DNA from: an uncultured archaeon
GTDB taxonomy: Archaea > Altiarchaeota > Altiarchaeia > JAFGQM01
Direction: 5' to 3'
Assembly: GCA_964592405.1 (NCBI GenBank)
Contig: CAZQBY010000009.1
Coordinates: 20,087 to 49,179 of the forward strand
Length of the DNA: 29,093 bases
The position numbers and the translations under genes are program-made. Shown here piece by piece: positions 15,149 through 23,965 of this stretch. The notes below the pieces were generated by a model. The model saw nothing but the letters and a program-made list of their open reading frames with translations, made no database searches and was not told the DNA's origin. The stretch's first letter is position 1. Every line of letters begins with the position of its first letter.

Positions 15149-16801
15149 TTACATATAATCTGAAAGCGTACCGCTTTTCTCTTCAACTGCTTCTTCATTG
15201 GACTCATCCCTGGCAGCCTCCTCCCTGACCACTTCTTCAGGTTCTTCGTCCTCAAGGGTCTCCCCTACATGATTTTCAACCAGTTTTTTCCATTTATCCT
15301 CGAGCTCCTTTTTGTCGCGGTTTATTATCTCCGCCAGTGGTGGAACTATCTCCGTAACATATCTGAGGAGTTTGTCTCTGCGTGCAGAATGTTCCTGCAA
15401 TCTGCGCCGGTGTGAGTGAAAGCGGTTGAACTTTCTGCCCACCTCCATCAGGGCGAAACGTATCTCTTGGACTATCTCTTCTATATCGGAGACAGATTGC
15501 TTACCGGCACTGGTATAGGGGATATGTGTAGAGACAATATTGACAAATATTGTTGTGGGAGAGGTCTCAATGTCCCTGAGGCCATATCGCTTCCATTCCA
15601 CTCCCTGAACAGCCTTGGTTATGGCACAGCCACCCGCATCGAAAAGCAGGGGGGCACGATTGGCAAACCTCATTATCTCATAGCGCTGTTCTCCGCCGGA
15701 GAGTCTCCTTCCGGCATGTCCGCCGTGAGCCAGGCCAACCTCCACCTGAAAGGCATAACCGCCTCCATAAACAGTGGGCCTTCTCTCAACAACAGAAAGA
15801 AACTCCGGAGCTAGGATGCTTTCTATAGCCCTCTCTATGTTGGCCTCACCGATGGGTCTGAGGCAGTCCATGGCCGGAGCCAAGAAACTCATTTTCTTGA
15901 AGGCCTTGACCATCTGCTCAGCATCCCCCCAAGTGAGGCTCTTGGGCGACTTGCCCAGCGAGAAATCTACATATTGCTGGACCTCTGCAGCCTTGGCTGC
16001 ACTCATTCTTGAGAATTCGGTCTGGAGCATTCCCTTAACTGTTCTGTTTTTGCTGGCCTTTGCCATGAGGACGATGTCGTCCACTATCACGCCCTTTGGA
16101 TGCGGCTTGACCTCATGTGGGGGTTTTGGAAGATGCTCTGTAGTCCGGGGGAAGTGTATTTTGGCTCCCGAGGGATCTATGTATGTTATATCGGCGTGCG
16201 GATTTGCCAAAGCCGTCCTCCTGAGGTATTCGTAAGGCCCCTGCTCACCGCTTGAGAACTGCACTTCCTTAAACCGGGCTATGTATTCAACGCCAGTCTC
16301 AGGTGGAACCGGCTCGAGCTGATGGTGGGAGACTATGTGGGCCCTGTTGTGCCTTATGTCAATGTTGAGCTCTATATCATGGGCCTCCTTCTTTGTCACT
16401 GTAATTACTTCTATGGGCTTGCCGGTGGTCATCTGGGAGAACATTGTTACCCCTGCTACACCAATCCCCTGTTGACCCCTGAGCTGAATATTACGGTGAA
16501 ACTTGGTCCCGGCCAGCATCTTGCCAAAGACATTGGATATGTGTTTCTTTGGTATACCGGGACCGTTGTCCTTGGATCTCACCATTATGCTTCCGTCATC
16601 CATCTGTGATATCTGGACTGTTATTGCCGGAAGGACATGAGCCTCTTCACAGGCATCCAAGGAGTTGGTCACCAGTTCATGGACTACCGTTGTCAGTGAC
16701 CTTATCTTCCCACTATAGCCGAGCATTTGTGAGTTCTTGCGAAAGAACTCCGCAATGCTGTGCTCGCGCAGTTCCCTAAACAGCTCGTCAGCCTTGGGCA
16801 T
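15149..16801 (-). CDS. top6B: DNA topoisomerase VI subunit B
   Basis: GHKL motifs HELVTNSLDA, DNGPGI, RGQQGIG, plus RFANRAPLL and PYTSAGKQS. Likely start ATG 16801 (MPKADELF). Confidence 0.96.
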   Translation of the reverse strand: MPKADELFRELREHSIAEFFRKNSQMLGYSGKIRSLTTVVHELVTNSLDACEEAHVLPAITVQISQMDDGSIMVRSKDNGPGIPKKHISNVFGKMLAGTKFHRNIQLRGQQGIGVAGVTMFSQMTTGKPIEVITVTKKEAHDIELNIDIRHNRAHIVSHHQLEPVPPETGVEYIARFKEVQFSSGEQGPYEYLRRTALANPHADITYIDPSGAKIHFPRTTEHLPKPPHEVKPHPKGVIVDDIVLMAKASKNRTVKGMLQTEFSRMSAAKAAEVQQYVDFSLGKSPKSLTWGDAEQMVKAFKKMSFLAPAMDCLRPIGEANIERAIESILAPEFLSVVERRPTVYGGGYAFQVEVGLAHGGHAGRRLSGGEQRYEIMRFANRAPLLFDAGGCAITKAVQGVEWKRYGLRDIETSPTTIFVNIVSTHIPYTSAGKQSVSDIEEIVQEIRFALMEVGRKFNRFHSHRRRLQEHSARRDKLLRYVTEIVPPLAEIINRDKKELEDKWKKLVENHVGETLEDEEPEEVVREEAARDESNEEAVEEKSGTLSDYM

Positions 16802-16835
16802 AGACCGTAAGTTAAAGGTAGAAAGCATAAAAAGA

Positions 16836-17720
16836 TTAGGACTTTCCTCTGCTCCAGAACATGACCGGGACCAATGCCATGTTGTGCATTATGGTTGTTA
16901 TGACACCAACCAGTGCTGCAGAAGGACCAAAGACCTCAAGGGCTACAACCATTGCTAGGGTTCCATTTCTGAAGCCGTTGCCAAAAGCCATGACCATTCT
17001 CTCCTCTCCGGCTGCAAGGAAACCCATGAAAAAGGTTATCACGATATAGATGAGCGTTATCAAAGCGAGCCATCCCATCTCCCATACCTTGTCCGAAGCA
17101 CTGGAGATTACTCCTAGAATGACAAAAAACATGCAGACTGTGGTTATGGGGGCAGAGTTTGAGAGAAGGATTTGTGCAGCCCCCTTTGCATAATGTCTTA
17201 TCAGCCCGGCCAAGCCAAATGGCAGAAGTATAAGCTTTATCAGAGAAAGGAAAAGATCAAACGGGTTCATATCCAAAAACACACCGGTCAGTAGTTTGAC
17301 AACTAGTGGTGTGATAAAGGGTGCCATGAGGGTAGTGAAGACGGTTATCAGCAGGGCCAGTGCCGCATTCTTCCGCAACCGCCTGATGTAGAAGGCATTG
17401 GCCATGGCGGAGGGTATTGCCGAATAGAGAATGAGGCCCACAGCAAGTTTCTTTTCCAGAGTAAAGGATAACAAAAATGCCACCAAAGGGCTCAGCACAA
17501 ATACCAGAAGCAGGGCTGTAAGCAGGTGTCTTACATGGGTGAGCGCTCCTCTAATATCGGCCAGTTCAATTCCAAGGCTGGTCAGGAACATAACCACCAG
17601 CAGGAAGTAAATAGAATAGGGCGTTATATGACGGCCAGCCCCCGGGACGGCCAGACCCAGCAGGACTGCCAGAAGCAGAAAGAGCCAGAGCTCCTCTGAG
17701 AGGAAGCTCCGCAAGTTCAT
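16836..17720 (-). CDS. Bile acid:sodium symporter (BASS/SBF) family transporter
   Basis: About 10 hydrophobic helices. VMFLTSLG, SAIPSAMAN, LMAPFITP and GFRNGTLA resemble SBF motifs. Confidence 0.8.
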   Translation of the reverse strand: MNLRSFLSEELWLFLLLAVLLGLAVPGAGRHITPYSIYFLLVVMFLTSLGIELADIRGALTHVRHLLTALLLVFVLSPLVAFLLSFTLEKKLAVGLILYSAIPSAMANAFYIRRLRKNAALALLITVFTTLMAPFITPLVVKLLTGVFLDMNPFDLFLSLIKLILLPFGLAGLIRHYAKGAAQILLSNSAPITTVCMFFVILGVISSASDKVWEMGWLALITLIYIVITFFMGFLAAGEERMVMAFGNGFRNGTLAMVVALEVFGPSAALVGVITTIMHNMALVPVMFWSRGKS

Positions 17721-17724
17721 CCTT

Positions 17725-18015
17725 TTATTTCTTGATAACGGTCAGGGTTCCAAACCTGCCAGCAGTAAGCTGGAGGTTGCCCTGCCACTCAGAGACATAG
17801 CCGTTGCTTATTCTAATCCTATCGCCCGGACTGACCTCATCCACCTGTTCATTCCACAGCGAGAGATCAACCTCACCGGTATCGTCCTTCACCTTGGCAG
17901 TTGCTACCCTGCCAGTCCTGCCATATTTCTCAAATTCACGCGGCTCACCAACCGAGATAACCTCCACCTCTATATCCACATTCCCCATGCGGGGTTTCAG
18001 TTCATTTATTTTCAT
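17725..18015 (-). CDS. ssb: Single OB-fold single-stranded DNA-binding protein (SSB/RPA-like)
   Basis: MKINELKP...V..KDDTGEVDLSLWNEQ...GDRIRISNGYVSEWQGNLQLTAGRFG is a typical archaeal SSB/RPA OB fold. Confidence 0.85.
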   Translation of the reverse strand: MKINELKPRMGNVDIEVEVISVGEPREFEKYGRTGRVATAKVKDDTGEVDLSLWNEQVDEVSPGDRIRISNGYVSEWQGNLQLTAGRFGTLTVIKK

Positions 18016-18084
18016 TTTACTTTTTGCGGCTTATTTTGTGAGGCAATTATAAAAACTTTTTCTTGTCAGGGACATAAACAAATC

Positions 18085-18360
18085 ATGAACATTCAATTCT
18101 CCGGCGTCAAATTGGATGATGTGCAGCGATCTCTGGTAAACGGCCTCAGCAAAAGATTTTGCAAGGCATGCCCAAAGATAGATATCCTTCATATAAACAT
18201 CAAGAAGCACCAGAAGGCCGGCAACAGGGTTAGTTATACGATAAACCTGCGTGCCAGAAGAGAGGGAAGGGATGCAAGGAGCGTGGAAGTCACTGACTGG
18301 GATTTTGCCTGGTGTGCTAGAGAGGTATTCAAAAAGCTCGAAAAGGAACTCAGGTGCTGA
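18085..18360 (+). CDS. Putative HPF/RaiA-like ribosome-associated (hibernation) protein
   Basis: 91 aa with a beta-alpha-beta-beta-beta-alpha pattern (MNIQFSG; helix; LHINIKKH; YTINLR; VEVTDWD; AREVFKKLEKEL) matching the HPF/YfiA fold. Confidence 0.55.
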   Translation: MNIQFSGVKLDDVQRSLVNGLSKRFCKACPKIDILHINIKKHQKAGNRVSYTINLRARREGRDARSVEVTDWDFAWCAREVFKKLEKELRC

Positions 18361-18904
18361 TGGAGCGGAGATAGCTCTCAAGCTCCTCTGCCACTCCGGC
18401 GTTGTTGAGTATTACATTTGCCTCATGATTTCTTTCCAGACTGTAGTAGGACCAGTTTGTTGAGCCCACAACAACTATCCGGCCGTCTATTATTATCAGC
18501 TTGTTGTGAAGTGAGCCCTCTCCGTGAATTATTGTAACAGGAATATTGGCCTCCTCAAGATATGCTTTTGCCTTTTCATTGCCTTCTGGCCACTCATCCA
18601 TAACCACCCACACGTCCACCCCCCTGCTATGTGCAGCTGCCAGCTGTGAGATGAGCCGGTTTGCACAGGACATTGTATATTCACGGCCGGTATGACGGCT
18701 CATGGAAAACATCGCCACATGGATGCTACTTTCAGCCTCCGAGAGCAGTTGGGAGACTCTGGTGCAGTATTCTCCATCTATTACAACCTTAACGGCGTCC
18801 TCTGGGAGAATCATCGGATCAAAGGTGTAGTAAACTGCCTCGGCAACCACTATACCAACTACGAAGCCCATACACAGGGGCAGTAAGAAACTCCTGTAAT
18901 CCAT
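18350..18904 (-). CDS. Phospholipase D/nuclease-family protein, single HKD motif, N-terminal membrane anchor
   Basis: LHNKLIIIDG...VGSTNWS...NHEAN, AESSIHVAMF, and a hydrophobic N-terminus. Confidence 0.85.
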   Translation of the reverse strand: MDYRSFLLPLCMGFVVGIVVAEAVYYTFDPMILPEDAVKVVIDGEYCTRVSQLLSEAESSIHVAMFSMSRHTGREYTMSCANRLISQLAAAHSRGVDVWVVMDEWPEGNEKAKAYLEEANIPVTIIHGEGSLHNKLIIIDGRIVVVGSTNWSYYSLERNHEANVILNNAGVAEELESYLRSIST

Positions 18905-19018
18905 GGATAATTTCCTTGGAATAAATACTAATAATTCAAAATATGAAATGTTACAGCATGGGAATAATTGGGAGGACAGGCAGAGAAGAGATAAATACAG
19001 GGGTTGAGGGATGACCCT

Positions 19019-20221
19019 TTAGGCAGTGAGGTATTTTCTCGCATATAAAAGGAGCTTTGGATTCTTTGCGACAAGCTTCAGGATAGATGCAGTACTGCCC
19101 TTTTGTATATCCTCCAGCTCATGACCATCCATAACATCGGCAAAGTATTCAAAATCCTTGTCCGATAATCCCTCAAGAAAATATCTCAATTTGAGCATCT
19201 TTTCCATCCGGATGCCATCAGTCCGGCGCCATTCCTCTTCATATTCCAAGAGCTTATTCTTTGAGGTATCACCGGACCTGACGGCTTCAGCTGCAACCCT
19301 GCCGCATATCTTGGCAGCAAAGAGCCCTGTGGACATGCCGCCACCATGTATCGGGTTCACCATCTGGGCAGCATCTCCAACCAGCATGACATTATCTGTA
19401 ACAAAATGCTCCTTCACATACCCCGAAACCGGAACTCCCCCGGCATTGACCTCAACCGGTGAGGCGTTCTTGAAGAATTCCGGATGGTGGGCTATGAAGC
19501 GTTCAAGATACTGCCTCGCACTAATTTTGGCGTTTTCGGTGGAAACCACACCAATTCCCACATTTGCCAGATCATCGCCCTTGGGGAAGACCCACAAATA
19601 GCCCTTGGGGGCTATATGATTGCCAAAAAACATGTGTATCTTGCTTGTATCAAGGTTTTCCACACCTGCCATTTCATACTGGAAGCCTGAGATATAGTCC
19701 TTTAGGGAATTGACTGTCCTTATCCCTGCCATACGGCCAATCATGGTTTCAGTTCCGTCAGCCCCTATAACAATCCTCGACCTAAATTCTGTCATGTCTC
19801 CAAGGAAGTTTACTCTAACTCCCGTCACCTTGCCTCTATCCTTTATCAAATTTGTGACCATGGCCCGTACCATGCAGTCTGCACCTGCCCTGATGGCGTC
19901 CTTTGCCAGATGCTTTTCAAAGACCTTTCTTTCAAGGATGTAACCCCATGTCTCGGGTCTTTCCATAACCACGGACTTTCCGCTGGGGGACCAGAGGGCC
20001 GCTCCATTGATTGGCTGGACACACCACCTTTGGTGGGGCTTTATACCACTCCTTTCAAAGCCGTGGATACTCAGCCCCTCTGCACAGCGTTTGGGGGCAC
20101 CTATCTCTGCATCTTTTTCCAGAAGCAGGACAGACAGTCCTGCCTCCGCACATGTTTTGGCCGTCATGCAACCCGCCGGACCTGCACCCACAACAACCAC
20201 ATCATAGTCAATAGTCGTCAT
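19019..20221 (-). CDS. Digeranylgeranylglycerophospholipid reductase (geranylgeranyl reductase family)
   Basis: DVVVVGAGPAG, PKRCAEG (PxxC), IGADG, APKGYLWVFPKG (YxWxFP), LVGDAAQMVNPIHGGG. Confidence 0.9.
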   Translation of the reverse strand: MTTIDYDVVVVGAGPAGCMTAKTCAEAGLSVLLLEKDAEIGAPKRCAEGLSIHGFERSGIKPHQRWCVQPINGAALWSPSGKSVVMERPETWGYILERKVFEKHLAKDAIRAGADCMVRAMVTNLIKDRGKVTGVRVNFLGDMTEFRSRIVIGADGTETMIGRMAGIRTVNSLKDYISGFQYEMAGVENLDTSKIHMFFGNHIAPKGYLWVFPKGDDLANVGIGVVSTENAKISARQYLERFIAHHPEFFKNASPVEVNAGGVPVSGYVKEHFVTDNVMLVGDAAQMVNPIHGGGMSTGLFAAKICGRVAAEAVRSGDTSKNKLLEYEEEWRRTDGIRMEKMLKLRYFLEGLSDKDFEYFADVMDGHELEDIQKGSTASILKLVAKNPKLLLYARKYLTA

Positions 20222-20391
20222 TTTATAGTCATTGCCTTAACCGGGCACATCTTGACACAGGCGCCACAATCAATGCACTTGGTTCCATCAATAACTATGA
20301 CATTTTCCTCCAATGTAATAGCACCAACAGGGCAGACACCCACACACCCTCCACAATGGATACATATCCTGTGATTGTTCTTGGCTACCAT
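20218..20391 (-). CDS. 2x[4Fe-4S] ferredoxin (57 aa; not in the supplied ORF track)
   Basis: Manual translation MVAKNNHRICIHCGGCVGVCPVGAITLEENVIVIDGTKCIDCGACVKMCPVKAMTIK has two CxxCxxCxxxCP motifs. Its stop overlaps the reductase ATG (ATGA). Confidence 0.92.
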   Translation of the reverse strand: MVAKNNHRICIHCGGCVGVCPVGAITLEENVIVIDGTKCIDCGACVKMCPVKAMTIK

Positions 20392-20502
20392 CTTTTCTAC
20401 CAGACAACCTCCTATTTCGAATTAGAACTTTTAAAAATCCTTAAAAGTTGCGATTATTAAATCCTCAAAATATAAATATCATGGAGACTATGGGGACTCA
20501 AC

Positions 20503-21054
20503 ATGAGGGTCGTTGGCATAGATCTGGCAGGTAGTGAGAAGAATGATACTGGTTTTTGCATGCTTCTGAGTGATAACAGGCTAAAAAAGATAAAAACCAG
20601 CTTACTGAAAACCGACCACGACATACTACTCCAGTGCAGACTCGTCCGGCCGGACATTATAGCGATAGATGCACCCCTGACGCCAGCTGAAAACGGCTAT
20701 ATGAGAGCGGCTGATGAAGAGCTGAGGGAATACGGTGCCCTGCCACAAAATCTGCGTGGTATGACCTATCTTGTGGAGCGTGGCATAGGACTGGGGAACA
20801 AACTCAAAACCGACTACAAGGTTATTGAGGTCTTTAGCACCGCCACTGCAAAGATACTTGGTTTCTATGACAAAGAAGACATTGAAATGCAAAAGAAACT
20901 TTCCAGACTTGTTGAAGGTGATCTGAAAGACAGGATAATGAAACGCGATGAGCTGGATGCCATAGCCGCAGCATTAACGGGCTTTCTCCATCTTCAGGGA
21001 AAAACCCTTGAAATCGGTGATGAGGAGGGAAAAATAGTTATCCCAAGGGTATGA
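20503..21054 (+). CDS. DUF429-type predicted nuclease (RNase H-like fold)
   Basis: VVGIDLAG, IIAIDAPL, R.ADEEL, VIEVF and DELDAIAAALTG motifs. Confidence 0.8.
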   Translation: MRVVGIDLAGSEKNDTGFCMLLSDNRLKKIKTSLLKTDHDILLQCRLVRPDIIAIDAPLTPAENGYMRAADEELREYGALPQNLRGMTYLVERGIGLGNKLKTDYKVIEVFSTATAKILGFYDKEDIEMQKKLSRLVEGDLKDRIMKRDELDAIAAALTGFLHLQGKTLEIGDEEGKIVIPRV

Positions 21055-21106
21055 GCTTTTTTATATGTAACCATTAATTTAGGTTTGTTAGTTAGAATTA
21101 ATCAAA

Positions 21107-21463
21107 ATGTTTGGCATCTTTGCCTCATTTATAGGAGACCTGTTCAGCTTCGGCTCGATGACCACAGAGGTAATGTTCGGGCTCAAGATAGTTGCCCTTG
21201 TCATGCTCTACGGCTACATGCACATGAACCTCGGGGGCGGCGTGCTCTCCACAGCCATATTCCTGATATTTGGCTACTATTTCGTCTTTTATGCCAATGG
21301 CATGCTAGCGATAATGATACTGGTGCTGTTCTTTCTGATGATACATGGTTTTGACATACTTTGGGGAGGCGATATAGTAAAGGGCAATATAGCAGAGATG
21401 AGAGCTGCAAAGAGCCCCGAGATGATGGGCAGCCCATACAGGCCCCATGTGCCACCGCTATAA
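21107..21463 (+). CDS. Hypothetical small membrane protein
   Basis: Three hydrophobic helices. Resembles the downstream 80-aa protein. Confidence 0.7.
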   Translation: MFGIFASFIGDLFSFGSMTTEVMFGLKIVALVMLYGYMHMNLGGGVLSTAIFLIFGYYFVFYANGMLAIMILVLFFLMIHGFDILWGGDIVKGNIAEMRAAKSPEMMGSPYRPHVPPL

Positions 21464-21469
21464 AACAGG

Positions 21470-21712
21470 ATGGACATATTCGCAGATGTGGAAACTGTGT
21501 GGTTGCTGATCAGGATATTCTTGGTTATAACAATATTTGGCTTTGTCCGCAACTGGACCGGAAATACCACGGTAGCACTGGTTATAGGAGGCATATTAAC
21601 CTATCTGTTTGTCTTCCGCTATCCTGTTCTGGGAGTGGGTTATCTCGTGCTGTCAAACATATTCATCCTCATATTCTTCATATGGATAATCTTTATGTTC
21701 ATTCCTAAATAG
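21470..21712 (+). CDS. Hypothetical small membrane protein (paralog of upstream gene)
   Basis: Three hydrophobic helices. Shares the pattern I..L+.++G+.....G...+...+..I..Y.FVF with the upstream gene. Confidence 0.72.
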   Translation: MDIFADVETVWLLIRIFLVITIFGFVRNWTGNTTVALVIGGILTYLFVFRYPVLGVGYLVLSNIFILIFFIWIIFMFIPK

Positions 21713-21782
21713 AGACATGCCTTCATGAACCTGTGGCGGGTCTCGCTATGCTCGAGCCCGCGAGCTCGTCCTTGGTAAACCC

Positions 21783-23525
21783 ATGATGAGAATCACATTT
21801 GTTGAACGACAGGAAGCCAGGCTGAGGTGCATACCAGACCTTGGAATCGCCTATCTTCTGGGCCAGTGCAGGGAAAACGGCATCAGGGCCAGCCTTATCC
21901 AGGGCTCGCCGAAAACACTCAAATGTCTGCTGGACGACTCGGTATTCGGACTCTTCTGCAGGGGCTACAGTAATGTTGTGGAGGAGCGTGGAGAGTTATG
22001 GCTCAAGGAGTTCCTGAGGTTTAATCACAAAATAGCCACATCAAACAATGTCTGGGACAAGACCAACCCAGATGCATTGAAGGAGCTATGGGATTTGACA
22101 GGCTTCATAAAGGAACACATCTGGCCAGAATGGCTGGAGGATTACCTCTTTACAGAGATCATGAAAACCCGTCCGGATGTTGTCGGCTTCTCACTCTGGG
22201 ATTTCTACAGCCACCCGGAGGTGAGTGTAGCTATCAGGGATGTGATAAGACGGTTAAGGCAGGAATCGGATGTCCGGATTTTGATAGGCGGACCGGGGAC
22301 TGTCACAAAAACTGCGCGCAGGGATATCTTCCGCATATTCAGCCCTGATTTTATAGTGCACCATGAGGGAGAAGATGCGCTCATAGAGGTGTTGGATATG
22401 ATAGAGAGGGGAGTGGTTGAGAAAAGACCCAACATAAGCTTCAGGGGTTATGATCCGGATGCCAGCCCAATTGCGGATCTGGACTCGCTGGCGCTACCGG
22501 ATTTTTCCCAGTATGATCTGGATGGTTTCTTCCTTCCGCTACGTGTCCTACCTGTGATGACCTCCCGCGGATGCCCATGGGCGAGATGCGCCTTCTGCAA
22601 CCATCATGCGACATACAAGGGTTATAGGGAGTATAGCCCAGAACGCGTGGCCGAGACTGTTGAGATGTATAAAAGGAAGTACAAAACCAAGATGGTAATG
22701 CTCCATGATGAGACGCTTACTGCCGGCCGTGTGCACAGTATAGTGGATTTCCTGCCGGATGCTTATTACTATTCATATGCCTATCCCAAGGGATTTGACA
22801 AATCCCTGCTCAAAAGGATGTATGACAGGGGCTTCCGCGTGCTTGTCTGGGGTGTGGAGTCGGGGTGCCAGCAGATTTTGAACAGCATGAGAAAAGGCAC
22901 TGATATCAGGGAGGTGGAGCGCATAATCAGAGATGCATACGCGGTTGGGATAACCAATGTGGCATTCATACTCTTTGGCTTCCCGGGAGAGACAAGAGAA
23001 CAGGCATGGGAAACAGTCAGGTTCCTGCAGCGCAATGCCGGTTATATCGAGCGCCATGCAACTACAGTCTTCCGCCTTGAAGAGGACTCGCCAATATGGA
23101 ATGAGCCGGAAAGGTGGGGGGTCCGGAAACTGGAAAATGGACGATACCGGGTTGAAAGAGGCATGCAGACAGAGGAGGTACAGCAGTTTCTTGCAGATCT
23201 GGACAGGAAAGGTATAAAAACCTGTGCCAATACCAAGTATTACATGCCCGGCGACTCCGAATTCCGAGCCTATTTCTTTATGCAGGTGGTTTATGGTGAG
23301 GGGTCGGGAGAGTATCCGGTGAGGAACGGCATCCTCAGGGGCAATGAGGTCTGGCCGTCGATGCTTATGACAGATACCTCAAGGCCTCTCCTAAGACTGA
23401 CAGAAGCACAGAAGAGGACCTATGAGATGTGTGATGGCCGGCACAGGATAGATGCACAGGAGTTTCTGACATATCCCTATGTTGTTTATTATAAAAAGCC
23501 ATTTGGAGCTGATTTTGAGATGTGA
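21783..23525 (+). CDS. B12-binding-domain radical SAM protein
   Basis: PDVVGFSL, ILIGGP and HEGEDAL (cobalamin-binding-like domain); TSRGCPWARCAFC; WGVESG...LNSMRKG; LFGFPGET. Confidence 0.88.
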   Translation: MMRITFVERQEARLRCIPDLGIAYLLGQCRENGIRASLIQGSPKTLKCLLDDSVFGLFCRGYSNVVEERGELWLKEFLRFNHKIATSNNVWDKTNPDALKELWDLTGFIKEHIWPEWLEDYLFTEIMKTRPDVVGFSLWDFYSHPEVSVAIRDVIRRLRQESDVRILIGGPGTVTKTARRDIFRIFSPDFIVHHEGEDALIEVLDMIERGVVEKRPNISFRGYDPDASPIADLDSLALPDFSQYDLDGFFLPLRVLPVMTSRGCPWARCAFCNHHATYKGYREYSPERVAETVEMYKRKYKTKMVMLHDETLTAGRVHSIVDFLPDAYYYSYAYPKGFDKSLLKRMYDRGFRVLVWGVESGCQQILNSMRKGTDIREVERIIRDAYAVGITNVAFILFGFPGETREQAWETVRFLQRNAGYIERHATTVFRLEEDSPIWNEPERWGVRKLENGRYRVERGMQTEEVQQFLADLDRKGIKTCANTKYYMPGDSEFRAYFFMQVVYGEGSGEYPVRNGILRGNEVWPSMLMTDTSRPLLRLTEAQKRTYEMCDGRHRIDAQEFLTYPYVVYYKKPFGADFEM

Positions 23526-23633
23526 TTGAGCATGGTTGCATGACTTGCATAATTTAACAAGACTGTTAACTAGGTTGTCCACTATCACCCTCAACCATCA
23601 CCTTTTTAAAACAATAGACATAATAATATCAAA

Positions 23634-23918
23634 ATGCCCCAAAAATCCAAAACCAAAACAAAATCCAAAACTCCCAAAAACATTCACAAGAGGGTAAGCG
23701 AGCTGGAAAAAGGCCACAGTAAGCTGGTTGACATCAAGGAGGAGCTGAGGGTTATCAGCATGGAGTATGCTGATATCCGTTCACGCATCGAAGCCACGGA
23801 CGTGCTGATAGACCATGTGATACACCAGCTGGACGCCGACCGCAGGATGAGGGAAATAAGTCTTGTGCTGGCCCTCATCATACTTATACTAGTAGTGATG
23901 GTTGTCCTAGCGTTGTAG
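23634..23918 (+). CDS. Small coiled-coil protein with C-terminal TM helix
   Basis: Lys-rich N-terminus, heptad-like middle, hydrophobic C-terminal 20 aa. TTTTAAAA lies ~25 bp upstream. Confidence 0.75.
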   Translation: MPQKSKTKTKSKTPKNIHKRVSELEKGHSKLVDIKEELRVISMEYADIRSRIEATDVLIDHVIHQLDADRRMREISLVLALIILILVVMVVLAL

Positions 23919-23965
23919 ATTTTTAAGCTTTTAGCAGGTAATTTGTTACTAAGAAGTGGTGAAAG

